From NCBI RefSeq assembly GCF_009914755.1, contig NC_060942.1: a DNA stretch of 64,000 bases; one strand, written 5' to 3'. Of the stretch, positions 43,747 to 56,026 are shown piece after piece. A program made the translations under genes and the position numbers. Position 1 is the first letter of the stretch. Every line of letters begins with the position of its first letter. Source of the stretch: the human T2T-CHM13v2.0 reference genome, Homo sapiens. Below the pieces are notes generated by a model, which was not told the origin of the DNA, made no database searches, and worked only from the letters and a program-made list of their open reading frames with translations.

Positions 43747-44569
43747 ATTTGGAAGACTATCCCAGGGAAGGCGCACTGGTAGCATAGACCACAAATAGCC
43801 ATAAAATTCCTTCTTGCCCTTCATGCTTCTGTTACTTACATGACATTCACAATGATTTCCAAATAGTGTCACAACAACCAACAAAGTGTTAAAAGAATAA
43901 CAGAATTTTAATTCCAGAGAGCAGCTAGAGTTTGTTTGTTTGATTCATCTATTATATGGCTCTAATTTAATGAAATGAAATAATTTGGTATGACATGAAA
44001 ATAAGGACTAAGATGATGATAAAAACAGATACAATTATGACAATAATGCTTCTCATATTAGGAATGTAAACCTTTTAGAAATAACCTTAAATCCCTTAAG
44101 ATAATACCTAACCTCAACTTAGACAAGAGTAAAATGCAGATCAGATCACGCAAAAGAACGCTAACATGGCACACTTTAAAACAATATTCAGCATCACAGA
44201 CAATGAAGGCAACACAATTTTAAATAAATATAAGGTACTACCTCATACCTACTGAGCTAGGAAACACAAATTAAAATAATAAATCTAACACTGGCAGAAG
44301 TTGCAAGGAGTCATATACATTCCTGTAAATGAGTGCAATAAACTTGGAAAACAACCACACAATAGTCAGTAAGAGCCAGAATATTGATTCCAGCCTGGGA
44401 CTTGGGAATTCCAATTTTAGAACCAGTATCCTGAAGATAGAACTCAAAACAACAAAATTATATGAATAGGAATTTTTTAAACATGCCCTTAATAGTGTGG
44501 AAATGGCCTTTTCCTAATTATAAATGAGTAACCTAAAACTGGTATATTATTATAACACTAAAACAACGT

Positions 44570-44720
44570 TTTAATACACAAACTACATATACTTAAATAT
44601 ATATTAAACACAATACATATTTAAAAATATTTTAAATGTCATATATATACACATAAATATGTGTATATATTTATGTGTATTATGTGTATGTAAATATGTG
44701 TATATATATATACACATAAA
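44570..44720. repeat. AT-rich (TA/TG) repeat with palindromes
   Basis: Includes the perfect 24-bp palindrome tatgtgtatatatatatacacata at 44695-44718. Confidence 0.85.
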
Positions 44721-46549
44721 TCTTGAGAGGAAAAGTAGAAACAGTACATCCATCCATTCATTTATTCAACAAATTATTAGTCCCATGTTCATTTTTCAAA
44801 TGAGAAAAGTACAGTGTTAGAGGTGAAGTATATTGCCCAAGGTCACAAAGGCTTTGGTGGTGAGCAAACACCAAGAGTCCATTACCTGGACTGTGCCTCC
44901 AAGAACTAAAGGTTATCTCTCCACTGTAATTAAAGCAACAGTTTCCTGTTTGTCTAGGCTTTATGATGAGTTGAAAAAAGCAATTGCATCTAAGTAAAAT
45001 CTTGAGACTTGCATTAATAAATATGATGATTTTATTTCTGAAGACAATAAAGAGTAGGGCCAGTTATTACAGATGTATTTCCAGGCACCCAAGGATTTAT
45101 GACTTCTCAGTTCAATAAAAAAAAAAATGATTACTCTGTAGATGAGAAAGTGTATTTAATTTGAAAGTGTATTTCAATACTTGTACTACATTGCACTTAG
45201 AGGGATGTAGGCACACTATGTTCCCACAAATAATTAAATGAGTAGGCACATGATACTGGGGATTTATTACAACTAAGGACATAAAAAGAGTTTACCGTAA
45301 TTTCCTCTTTCCATTGAGGAGAATTCAAAGCTAATTTTATGGTGTCAACTCATTACACAGTGTATTCTTATAAATGCTAATGATTACAGGAAACCATGAA
45401 AATATTCAGCAAACCATATCAGACTTCTTTCTCTGTCAACACTCCCCAGGTAACACTCCCCACCACCCCCACCCCTAAAAAATTACTAAACTACTTGAAT
45501 CTCTTGTAAAAGATGATTAAGGATGGTATTTGTTTTATAATAATATGCAGTTATTTATCTCTTAACTCAAGGTGATTATGACCTGACAATGGAAAAATAT
45601 AGCAATAAAGCAAGTAATTTAATATATCTTTTTTGATCATGTGGCTATAAAACATATGAAGATATGGTGCTCCATTAGGCACACTTAATTGTGTTTAGAT
45701 GAGTCTTTATCTCAGTGTAGTCTTATCCAAATCTGTTATAAAAAGAAAATGTTTGAAAAGAAGAGAAACCTTTCCATTGTTTATATATACCCCCGTCTTC
45801 CCATACCTATGCTTTAATTATCAATTTTTTAAATTCTAAATTTTGCCAATATTTTTATTCCAATATTTTGAAAAAGAAAAAGTTATGCCAGTCCTCATAA
45901 TTTTATGCACACTTTTTTGGGGTCTGCTGCTGTTTTAAATGAGGACTCCTGGCAGGAGAGTGACTTTCTGATGCTTCAAGGACATTAATCAGATTCATAG
46001 CTGGTGGCACAGTGATCTAGACAAACACACAGAGATCCTTTGATTATTTCAACTTCTTCTTGCTAGAACTTTTTCCTTCCATCACTGTTCAGTGGAGTAA
46101 AATTGTGTTTTGTCCTTTTCGGGATAGAAAGCAATTTAAATTAAAAGGAGCAATTTCCACATTTGAATTGGAGTGAAAATTAAAATTTGAATCGGAAATA
46201 AAAGGAGAACCATCCATTTATTTTCCACTGAGGGCGAAGGAGGAAGGAGAAAATGGGAGAAAGAAGAAGGACAATACACACTGCTCCATTCTTTTGAAGC
46301 GGCCTCTGATCCTGTTCATCTCTTTCCCCATCCCCTTCGCTTTGGGCTTTCGAAGCTTGTCCAGGACAGGGACCTCTGAGCTGCCTATATCAGAGGTTCC
46401 CAAGGAGAGCAGTTCTGTTTGAGGTCCCAGTGCACCTCTGACTCTGCAGAGTAATCAGTAGCTCAGATAGTACCAAGGGTCTGTTCCTTTCCTCCTTTAA
46501 AATCCAATCCTGGGCCACTGTATGTGTATTAGAATGGCTTAAGAAAAAG

Positions 46550-47240
46550 TATGGACAATACCAAGCAGTGGCGAGGATGCAGAGCACCTGGGACTCTCAT
46601 ACACTGCTGTCGAGGATGCAAAATGGTAGAGCTACTTTGCAAATTTGGCAGTTTCTTACAAAGTTCTCACCATAAGACCCAGCAATCCTATACTCCTGGG
46701 CATTTACCCTAGAGAAGTGAACACTATGTTCACACACACACACACACACACAAACACACATGTTGCACATGAACATTTATAGCAGGTCTATTAATAATTG
46801 CCAAAAGTTGGAAACGATCTAAATGTCTTTCACTGAGGAATGGGCAAATACACTTCAGTATATGCCTATAATGAAACAATACTCAGCAATAAAAAGAAAC
46901 ATAATTGATACATGCAACAACTTGCATGAATCTCAAAGGTGCTACCTGAATGAAAGAAGTCAGTCTCATAAGGTTGCATATAATGTCATACAAGTAATTC
47001 CATTTGTTTGACACCCTAGAAAACATAAAACTCTAGTGATGGAGAAGAGATCAGTGGCTGCCAGAGGCTGGGGTGGGGGATGGGTATGACTATGAAGGGG
47101 TAGCACATGGGAGTTTTTTATGGTGATGGAACTGCTCTGTATCCTGATTGTGCTGGTGATCTCACAAATCTGTACATACAGAAGTACAGACATGAAGATC
47201 AAATTTGCTGTACTATATTTTAAAAATAAAATTAAAAGTA
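46550..47240 (+). mobile_element. Old L1M (L1MC/ME) 3' fragment with internal (CA)n
   Basis: gacccagcaatcctatactcctgggcatttaccctagagaa...atcagtggctgccagaggctgg...gtgatggaactgctctgtatcctgattgtg. Confidence 0.75.
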
Positions 47241-47399
47241 AAAAGATGTCTTAAAGAGAGACAGAGGAAGAAAAGAATCAATTAAATATCCAAAATGAAA
47301 ACACAATCTATATATTATCTTCTCTCTACTCTTTTCCATTCGTAAATATTCATGGAATCTGCACACTTCAATGCCTCACTTTTCAAGCTTAAGAGAAAT

Positions 47400-47763
47400 G
47401 TCTCAGTCTGTTTGGGCTGCTATGACAAAATGCCACAAACTGGGTAACCTATAAACAACAGAAATTTATTTCTCACAGTTTTGGTGGATGGGAAGTCCAA
47501 GAGCAAGCGCCATCAGATTGGTGTCTGGTGAGGGCTCATTTCCTGGTTCACAGGTGGTGCCTTCTCACTGTGTCCACATACAGTGCAAGGGGTGAGGGGG
47601 TTCCCTTGGGCCCACTTTATAAAGGCACTAATCTCATTTATGGGGGCTCCACCCTCATGACCTAATTACCTCGTAAAAGGTCCCATCTTCTAATAGTATC
47701 ACTGCAGGTGTTAGGATTTCAACATATGAATTTTGGGGAAATACAAACATTCAGATTCTAGCA
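47400..47763 (-). mobile_element. MLT1A-like MaLR solo LTR
   Basis: gtctcagtctgtttgggctgctat...aacaacagaaatttatttctcacagt...aacattcagattctagca. Confidence 0.8.
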
Positions 47764-48324
47764 AGGGAAGATATTTTCTTGGAGGAAGAAAAGTGGAAGA
47801 AATATTAGAATATAAAATTTCAAAGAGCACAGCAACAATTGCTAAAATTTTGGATGTGTCATTTTTCTTTTGTAAAACATATGAGAATCTCACTTTATTC
47901 CGACCCCTCAGTAAAGGATAAACAAGAAATGTCAAGAGTAAAAGTAAAGTGAAATCAACAAAAACTTTCAAAATATTTCAATCTACCATTTTCAGGAAAG
48001 AGAACACTATTAAATAGATATGTGATGTAATCCTTTATAGTCACTACCCTTCCCAGAAAAATGAAATAATTGCCAAGCAACTGCTGGGTCAACTGTTGTC
48101 TGAGGGACTTTCTAGATTTCTTTCCTATAAAGAAACTCTAAGCTAAGCATGGTTTGGACTTACAAAAAAATGCTTTAGACCATGGTGAAATTTCTTCAGC
48201 ATCTTGACTCTTAAAAACAGAAAAAAACAATGAGCTAATCAACTATTATAATAAGTAATTTACCTAAAAAGTTATGCTACAAAAACTTGCAATTAGAAAA
48301 GTCATTCAAGTCTTTATTATTTTG

Positions 48325-48621
48325 TTAATTTTTAAATTTTTATTCTTTTGAGACAGAGTCTCGCTCTGTCACCCAGGCGGGAGTGCAGTGGCATGATCTT
48401 GGCTCACTGCAACCTCCACCTCGCGGGTTGAGGTGATTCTCCTGCCTCAGCCTCCTGAGTAGCTGGGATTACAGGTGTATGCCACCATGCCTGGCTAATT
48501 TTTGTACTTTTAGGAGAGACAGGGTTTCACCATGTTGGTCAGGCTGGTTTCGAACTCCTGACCTCATGATCCACCTGCCTTGGCTTCCCAAAGTGCTGGG
48601 ACTACAGGTGTGAGCCACCGC
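48325..48621 (-). mobile_element. AluS, antisense
   Basis: Dimer with ctgacctcatgatcc (Sg/Sc-type deletion). Confidence 0.93.
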
Positions 48622-49381
48622 AAAATAAAAGTCAGATAAACTGCTAACTGGCTGTGGCAGGAATAGACCATACACCCTGGGAATCCTGGCTAGGCTGGCT
48701 AAGGGATTCTCCCAGGAGTTCCTTTGCAGTCTTGTAGCACATACCCAGGACTGTGCAGAGGAGGGAGGGTTGTGCCAGCTACTTACACCATGTGAGCAGC
48801 AAATATGGAGCCAGGCTTCCCATAACAGAGGCAGAGGGGTTGGGACATCCGGTGGTGAGACAGAAGTCTGGACAGCTCAGGTCAGAGTGGCCAGTGATTC
48901 TACCTGCACCTGGGAGGTCCTCACTTCACATGGGTGTTACCAACCGCAACTGTGCATCATCTTAGGGACCTGTGGGGGCCTGGAAAGTCAGATCTCTAGA
49001 CAAGTGCTGTGTTATATCTTGCTTTATTGTCGTAGTCTCTGGATGTCTTCAAATCAATTGCAATTAAAAAAGAAAACAACTTTGTATCTTTCGGCTGTAT
49101 CTGTCAGCATCTTTCCATCAGTCACATCACTGCCCGAACATGACAGCTATGCAGGTATCATGTAGGGCAGTGCTATGCTTGAGAGTCATTCAGAAGGCTT
49201 TAAAAACCAGTGCCAGGGCCCAATCTGCAGAGATACTAGCTTAATCAATGGGGCCCAGTTGATTGTAATGATCAGAACCACTGACAAAACCATAGACCTT
49301 TTACTGTTCTTTTTTAGCATTGCGTAGACACGGTTCTGATGCATAATTCCCACCCACCTCACCCCCACCCCCCTGTCCCTG

Positions 49382-50468
49382 TATCGGGGGAAATTCAGCC
49401 AGATATCGGGCAAAATTCACCCCTGATATTTCATGTATGTTCCATTTTCCCTAAGCAACAGCCGATTTGAGAAATAAAGGGAGAGAGTACAAAAGAGAAA
49501 TTTTAAAGCTGGGCGTCCGAGGGAGACATCACATTTTGGTAGGTTCCATGATGCCCCCTGAGCCGTAAAACCAGCAAGTTTTTATTACAGATTTTCAGAA
49601 GGGGAGGGAGTGTACGAATAGGGTGTGGGTCACAGAGATCACGTGCTTCACAAGGTGATAGGATATCACAAGGCAAATGGAGGCAGGGCGAGATCACAGG
49701 ACCATGGGACCAGGGCGAAATTAAAATTGCTAATGAAGTTTCAGGCACCATTGTCATTGAAAACATCTTATCAGGAGACAGGGTTTGAGAGCAACCGGTC
49801 TGACCAAAATTTATTAGGCGGGAATTTCCTCATCCTAATAAGCCTGGGAGCACTATGGGAGACTGGGGCTTATTTCATCCCTAAGGTCTCAACCATAGAA
49901 AATGGCCACACCCAAGGGGGCCATTTTAGAGGCCCACCTTCAGGGGCGCATTCTCTTTCTCAGGGATGTTCTTTGCTGAGAAAAACAATTCAGCGATATT
50001 TCTCCCATTTGCTTTTGAAAGAAGAGAAATATGGCTCTGTTCCGCCCGGCTCACCGGCGGTCAGAGTTTAAGGTGATCTCTCTTGTTCCCTGAATATTGC
50101 TGTTATCCTGTTCTTTTTTCAAGGTGCCCAGATTTCATATTGTTCAAACACACATGCTCTACAATTTGTGCAGTTAACGCAATTATCACAGGGTCCTGAG
50201 GCAACATACATCCTCCTCAGCTGACAGGATTAAGAGATTAAAGTAAAGACAGGCATAGGAAATCACAAGGGTATTGACTGGGGAAGTGATAAGTGTCCAT
50301 GAAATCTTCACGATTTATGTTTACAGACTGCAGTAAAGACAGGCATAAGAAATTATAAAAGTACTAATTTGGGGAACTAATAAATGTCCATGAAATCTTC
50401 ACAATCCATGTTCTTCTGCCATGGCTTCAGCCGGTCCCTCCATTCGGGGTCCCTGACTTCCCGCAACA
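49382..50468 (-). mobile_element. MER11 (HERV-K11/HML-8) solo LTR, about 1.09 kb
   Basis: Minus-strand start TGTTGCGGGAAGTCAGGGACCCCGAATGGAGGGACCGGCTGAAGCCATGG, end ...GAATTTCCCCCGATA; internal repeats of about 90 bp; degenerate TSD tccctg/cccccg. Confidence 0.9.
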
Positions 50469-52394
50469 CCCCCGCAAAATTTTAAATATCTGTTACCCAC
50501 CATTGGTACATTACCGATCTGGTAAACCTCTCAATTACATTTAATGCACACAAAGTAAAGTTATTGAATATTTTATCCTGTGTGACCTCATTTTAAGAGG
50601 TACATAAGAAAATACTTTTTCTCTGAAGGCCTTGCATTGTAATAAAATATACGGAAAAAAATAACATGTAGTTTTCATAAAAATTGATTTAATTGGTAAT
50701 TTCAAGAAGGGTAATTTAACTTTTAATTATGTCACCCTAAATTCCTAAGATTGTGTATCTTCCAGCTTCAGACTAGGCAATATCATCATTTTCCCTTCAC
50801 CCAACCTTTTAGAGGGCAGACTAAAAAACCAGTTTTCTAAATTGTTTGCTCCCCTCACTGTGAATTTAAGCAGCATTTGGCAGTACTGAAGCCTTAATCT
50901 AGTCCAGCAGTGAATACTAAGGATGAAGATTTGATCAAGTTGGAAAACCACTTTCACACAGCCCTATTTCTTCTGGAATTAAACAACCAGGACATGATGT
51001 TGGATTACATAAGATTATCAAGACAAAACTATTGAAATTGTAATAGGAAACATACGGAAAATAAGGAGAAAATTATCTTTCCTGCAAGAATTAATAAAAA
51101 TCTTGTTAAAAGACTATAAGGCAATGCCTTATGAGAAACTACTAAGTATACAGAATTAATCAATCCACACTAGGCACATAGAGAATATGCAATGTATTCG
51201 TTGTTAGATCTCTAAAAATGACCCAGCTTTTGGCTTCTCTAATGTTGAAGTAAAAATATAGCTCAAAATTCTGGGCATTGACTTCTGGGCAAATGGTTAT
51301 AACTTGCTCTGTAAAGAGAACCAGCCTAATTGTTTAAGATCCAATACCCTCCATTGAAAGAAATGCTTTGTTTCCAAGAGAATCCTTGGAGCTAAAGCAG
51401 AGAATTGACAACTGTCCATGTTAAAATAAGTGCAGAAGGAAAGATTCCACTTCATCTCCTTCAAGAGATTTATATGTAGCCCTGGAAGAAAGCTTAGCAG
51501 GAGCCACAGATTCCACACTGACTGCTCCTCCATCAGTCTGGGCTGTGCACGCCCTCCCCAGAAGCCAGGAATACACTGTCTCCTGGACAGCCTTCCATTT
51601 TCCAGCCCCTTCTTATGCCATCCTCTCAGCAAGCAGGAGCTCCTGCACCTCCTCTCCACCTTGAGGTCTACCCTAGGGGCCATCTCACGTGCCATGTCTT
51701 TTGGGAACATTTCCTGGCAGAAGGAATCTGTTGCTTATTTGTTATCTGATGTGCCCACTTCTGCAGTAATTGTGTGAAAGCTCAGAGAGTAGGATGCATC
51801 CCACCCCAGCAGCTCAAACAGTGCCTTCCCCATCAGTAAGTGTTTGATACATACTACATACTTGATTTTTAAAAAAAGGCAACTGTAGTAAATTTACTGA
51901 CCGATTCTCCATTTCAGAATTCCTGGACATGTGCTTATTTTCCTTAACTGTCCACCAAAAAATTTCTAAATCGGTGCTTCTTAAGCAGGTCCATGGGGAT
52001 CATGGAATACTATTGGGGGTAATCTGTAATCCTCCAAAAATTGTATATTAATTTAATGTATATTCCAGTAGGTGGCTCCCATCTTCCACTCCATCCCCAC
52101 ATTCTCTGGGGAATCTTTATAACTGTTTTTAAGTCTTTAAGGTAACTGTAATCCAAAAAGCAATTTAAAATTCACTGCTCTAAATTTATTTGTGTTTAAA
52201 CAATGAGGTATAAGAGCTTCCTGAGATGCTTAAACAATGGAATGAGCCACCTCACACAGTGTCCATCCTCTGAATATTTCTCTGTTCGGATTGGTCCAGA
52301 AAACCACTTACCTGAAGGCCAGAATGAGCCATATGACTTCTGAGAATCTTAGATCATTGAAGCTAGAAGTGTTCCTAGCGATCACATCAGAGGG

Positions 52395-52531
52395 CATGGC
52401 AGAACACTGATTTCTGGGTCCCACCCCTGCAGTCTATGCTTCTGTAGGTCCTGGGGCCAAGGAATGGATTTCTAACAAGTCCCAGGTAAGGCTGACGTGC
52501 TGGTCAGTGGACCAGGCTTTGAGAACCACTT
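52395..52531. mobile_element. MER5A
   Basis: tttctaacaagtcccaggt...gctggtc...ggaccaggctttgagaaccact. Confidence 0.7.
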
Positions 52532-53127
52532 ATCTAACCTTATTTCCTATATTACAAAAGTAGACTGAGGCCTTCAGAAGCTGGGTGTGACCCACCAAAA
52601 GTAACAGCTAAGTAGGACGCCCAGGGTCTAACCACATTATGATTAGCAGGGTCTTCTTAAGCAGGTCTCCTATGAGTTTCTGAAACTTGCAGATAAACAC
52701 CAAGACACAAAAATGTGTCTCAGCCGTAGACACTCATACTTGTTGGCAATACTAGTTTTACCTGATATCGCTGAGGTTATAAAGAGAAAAGAATCCACCT
52801 TTATGGCTGCTCATCCCAAGCAAAGTTGAGAAACATTTTCTGTTGTTTTTCTTTTTCTTCCTCTAAATGATAAATATCCTGTGGCAGTTTTATTCCTGTG
52901 GCTAAAATGTTCTTTTAAAATAAAAACATTACATCATCCTTCTGACAATGCAATAAGAAGATTCTTTTCGTGAGGTCATTTTCATAGTGTTTTAATAATG
53001 AGGTATTTTTCCATAAGCCTTTTAAATATATTTTAAAAATTATTTTTAAGGAGTTTATTTTCCAGCATTTTGAAATCTCCTCTCCCAGCTCTCCGCATAA
53101 ATAATCAACATGATAGATAAAAGCATA

Positions 53128-53240
53128 GTCTATCCCAGCTACTCAGGAGGCTGAGGCAGGAGGATTGCTTTGAGTCTAGGAGTTCAAAGCCAGCCTGGGC
53201 AACTTTGCGACACCCCCATCTCTGAAAAGAAGGAAAAGGA
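53128..53240 (+). mobile_element. Alu monomer fragment (FLAM/FAM)
   Basis: tcccagctactcaggaggctgaggcaggaggattgc...cagcctgggcaac. Confidence 0.8.
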
Positions 53241-54254
53241 AGAAAAGGAATAGTCTATAAGACTGGCTTGGACCAAATTGTTTCACACCCTTGCCTCACC
53301 TCAATCTGGGTCTAGCTTCAATCTACCATTTGTTCCTAATCTCCCCCTCATGCCACCAGACCCTCCTCAAGTGCCTTTTGGTTTTTGCTCCTTAGTCATT
53401 CTGCTTCTCAGATCAGTGACCCTTATTCTGGATCTGTCTCATAACCTCAGATTTTTCTAACCCAGAATATCCAAATTCATCTCTCTATGATATGACTTGG
53501 CTTCAGGACACTCCCTTAGGAGCAGCCTCCAGTGTCCTGCTGAGATCTGACTACATCCCATTAGTGCATTACATTACAATGTATTCATCCGAAAATTCTG
53601 AGGTTTTACAATGTATTTGTAAAACCTTCTCAGAATTTCTGGGTTTTTATTTTCTCCCAATCCCATGGTAACTGTATTCTACTGTTTATTTTAGGAAAAT
53701 TTGCAATTATTCATTATACATTAAACAATGAATTTTGTAAGAGATGAATATACAATATAAAACCCACCTTTGTTCTATTTTGTTATAATAACCACTATAA
53801 ATGGTTCTCTAAGTGTAGTGAATTCAGAATTTAGGAAGATTGTGCAAATCCTGCAAATCAGCCTCATTCTGGAAGGGAACAGCAGAAGTCAAATAACCTA
53901 GGAAAGATGGATCCTGTCTTGTCAATTTATGGTATCACTGTCTTCCACACAGTCTTACTCCTAGACACCCCCAAGTGGGGTGTGACTTCATTTTCCAACT
54001 CTGGAAGCTGCTCTTCACACCACTCAAGACCAGGAGAGTAGCACCAGCCATGGAAACCACAGCAGTAGCAGCAGCAGCTCATCACCATGGGCATCTCCAC
54101 CACGTGTTTGAGTGCTCTCTCTGTCCCAGATCCTGCATGCACAATGTTTCTAATTCCTGTAGCAGTTCTGTCAAAGATGAAGTAACTTCTCAGGGCTTCA
54201 GATCTGGGAAATAAAAGAGCTGAGACTTGAAAGTAGGCCTCATCTTACTTATAC

Positions 54255-54775
54255 CAGCAGTTCTCCAACTGAGGCCCAGGAACCCCTGGGGGTTCCTTGA
54301 AACCCTTATCTGAAACAGCAAGGTCAAAGAATTGCCCGAAAAGACTAATTGAGATACTCTTCCCTTTTCCAGCAACATTTCTGAGTGAAGTTGGATTTTC
54401 TGTGCATTTTCTTACTATACTACAAAACAGTGTATCGTAACAGATTGAATGCAGAAGCAGATGAGAATACACTTGTCTTCTATTAAGTCAGACATTAAAG
54501 AGACTTATAAAAATGTAAAACAATGCCATTCTACTCATTAAATTGTTCTATTTTGGAAAATGTAATTACTTTTCATAAAAGTATGTCATTCGTTTATGTT
54601 AACATGTAATGGTTTACTAATGTTATTTTTAAATGAATTAATAAATATTTTAAAATATTATTAGTTTTCATGTTCAAAATGGTAAATATCAATAGGTATA
54701 ATCTACCTAAGCAAAAGTTTTTTGTGGATTCTCAGTAGTGAAAAACGGTGTCAACCCTCAAAAGTCTGAGAACCT
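54255..54775. mobile_element. Charlie1-family hAT transposon fragment
   Basis: gattgaatgcagaagcagatgagaat...tcttctattaagtcagacattaaagag...aaaacaatgcca; ends cagcagttctc / gagaacc. Confidence 0.7.
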
Positions 54776-55607
54776 CCATATTAGATAATACAGTATTAGA
54801 ATTCAACATTAGATAATACTCCATGGTTTCATTGTATCACCTGCATTCCAGAAGGAAGGCTCTCATTGCTGGAGAAGAAGAGGCAGAAAAGCAGATGTCC
54901 TTGCCTTTAGAATTCTGCCTTGTCAATTAACACTATCACTGCCTTGTTGCAGCTATTCTCTCTAGGAGTATACCATGTATGTGGCCTTAACTAAATGCAC
55001 CAGGGAATATAGGATCATTAAAAATACACTTGTGCTCAGTCTCTTCGGTTAAACTGAAAGTTTCTTGAGGACACGGACAGCATCAACTCCCTTGGAATCT
55101 AGCACATTTTAAATCTTGAATAAGAACAGTGATTAACTGGAAAAGGAAAGAAGAGTTCATGCCATGAGGATTTTGGAAGTTTGACATGCAGAATACGATG
55201 CAGAAGAACAAACATGTACTATGGAGAACAAACAAACATGTATTATGGAACAGAGATCTGAGTTCAAATCCTGACACAACCTAGATAAATCATTTGATTT
55301 TTCCATGTGTCAGTTTCCTAATCTATGAAATAGATTCAGGAGTCCCTAATTCACATAATGTTAGGAGAATTAAATACATCATGTATGCCCAACACCTGTC
55401 CTGAGGTAGGCACACAGGAAATATTACTCCCATTGTAATGGCGATGGGCCAAAGTGAGAGCAAACTCTTCACATCAGAAAAGCCAAATATTTGAGGGGAC
55501 ACATTTCTTAAGGAAACGTCTCAATTCTCTGTATCCCTTGGCTGTTGATGTCATCATCAAGGTAGGGCATTTTCCTGTTTAGGCACCTCAGACCAGTATT
55601 TAGTCCC

Positions 55608-56026
55608 TGATATGGTTTAGATCTGTGTCCCCACCCAAATCTCACGTCGAATGGTAATCCCCAGTGTTGGAGGTGGGGCCTGGTAGGAGGTGACTGGATC
55701 ATGCATTTGTTTCTCATGAAAGGGTTAACATCATCCCCTTAGTGCTGTTCTCGTGATAGTGAATGAGCTCTCACAAGTGCTGGTTGTTTGAAAGTATGTT
55801 GCACCTTCCCCCTTGCTCTATCTCTTGCTCCTGCTTTTGCCATATGACTGTGCCTGCTCCCGCTTTGCCTTCCGCCATGGTTGTAAGTTTTCTGAGGCTC
55901 CCAGAAGCCTAGCAGAAGCCACTATGCTTCCTGTACAGCCTGCAGAATGATGAGCCAATTAAATCCCTTTCTTTACAAATTACCTAGTCTCAGGTATTTC
56001 TTTATAGCACTGCATGGATTCATACA
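55608..56026 (+). mobile_element. MSTA MaLR solo LTR
   Basis: tgatatggtttagatctgtgtccccacccaaatctc...tctcaggtatttctttatagca...cataca; TSD gtccc/gtcct. Confidence 0.88.

Noticed and set aside
50241-50412. Two direct repeats of about 90 bp (array-like)
   Set aside because: Intrinsic tandem repeats of the MER11 LTR; not CRISPR-like.
51297-51777. Overlapping antiparallel 137/115-aa ORFs
   Set aside because: No homology recognised and no splice or Kozak support.
52305-52345. Perfect minus-strand donor CAG|GTAAGT at 52312
   Set aside because: No convincing paired acceptor or promoter; such 9-mers occur by chance in 64 kb.
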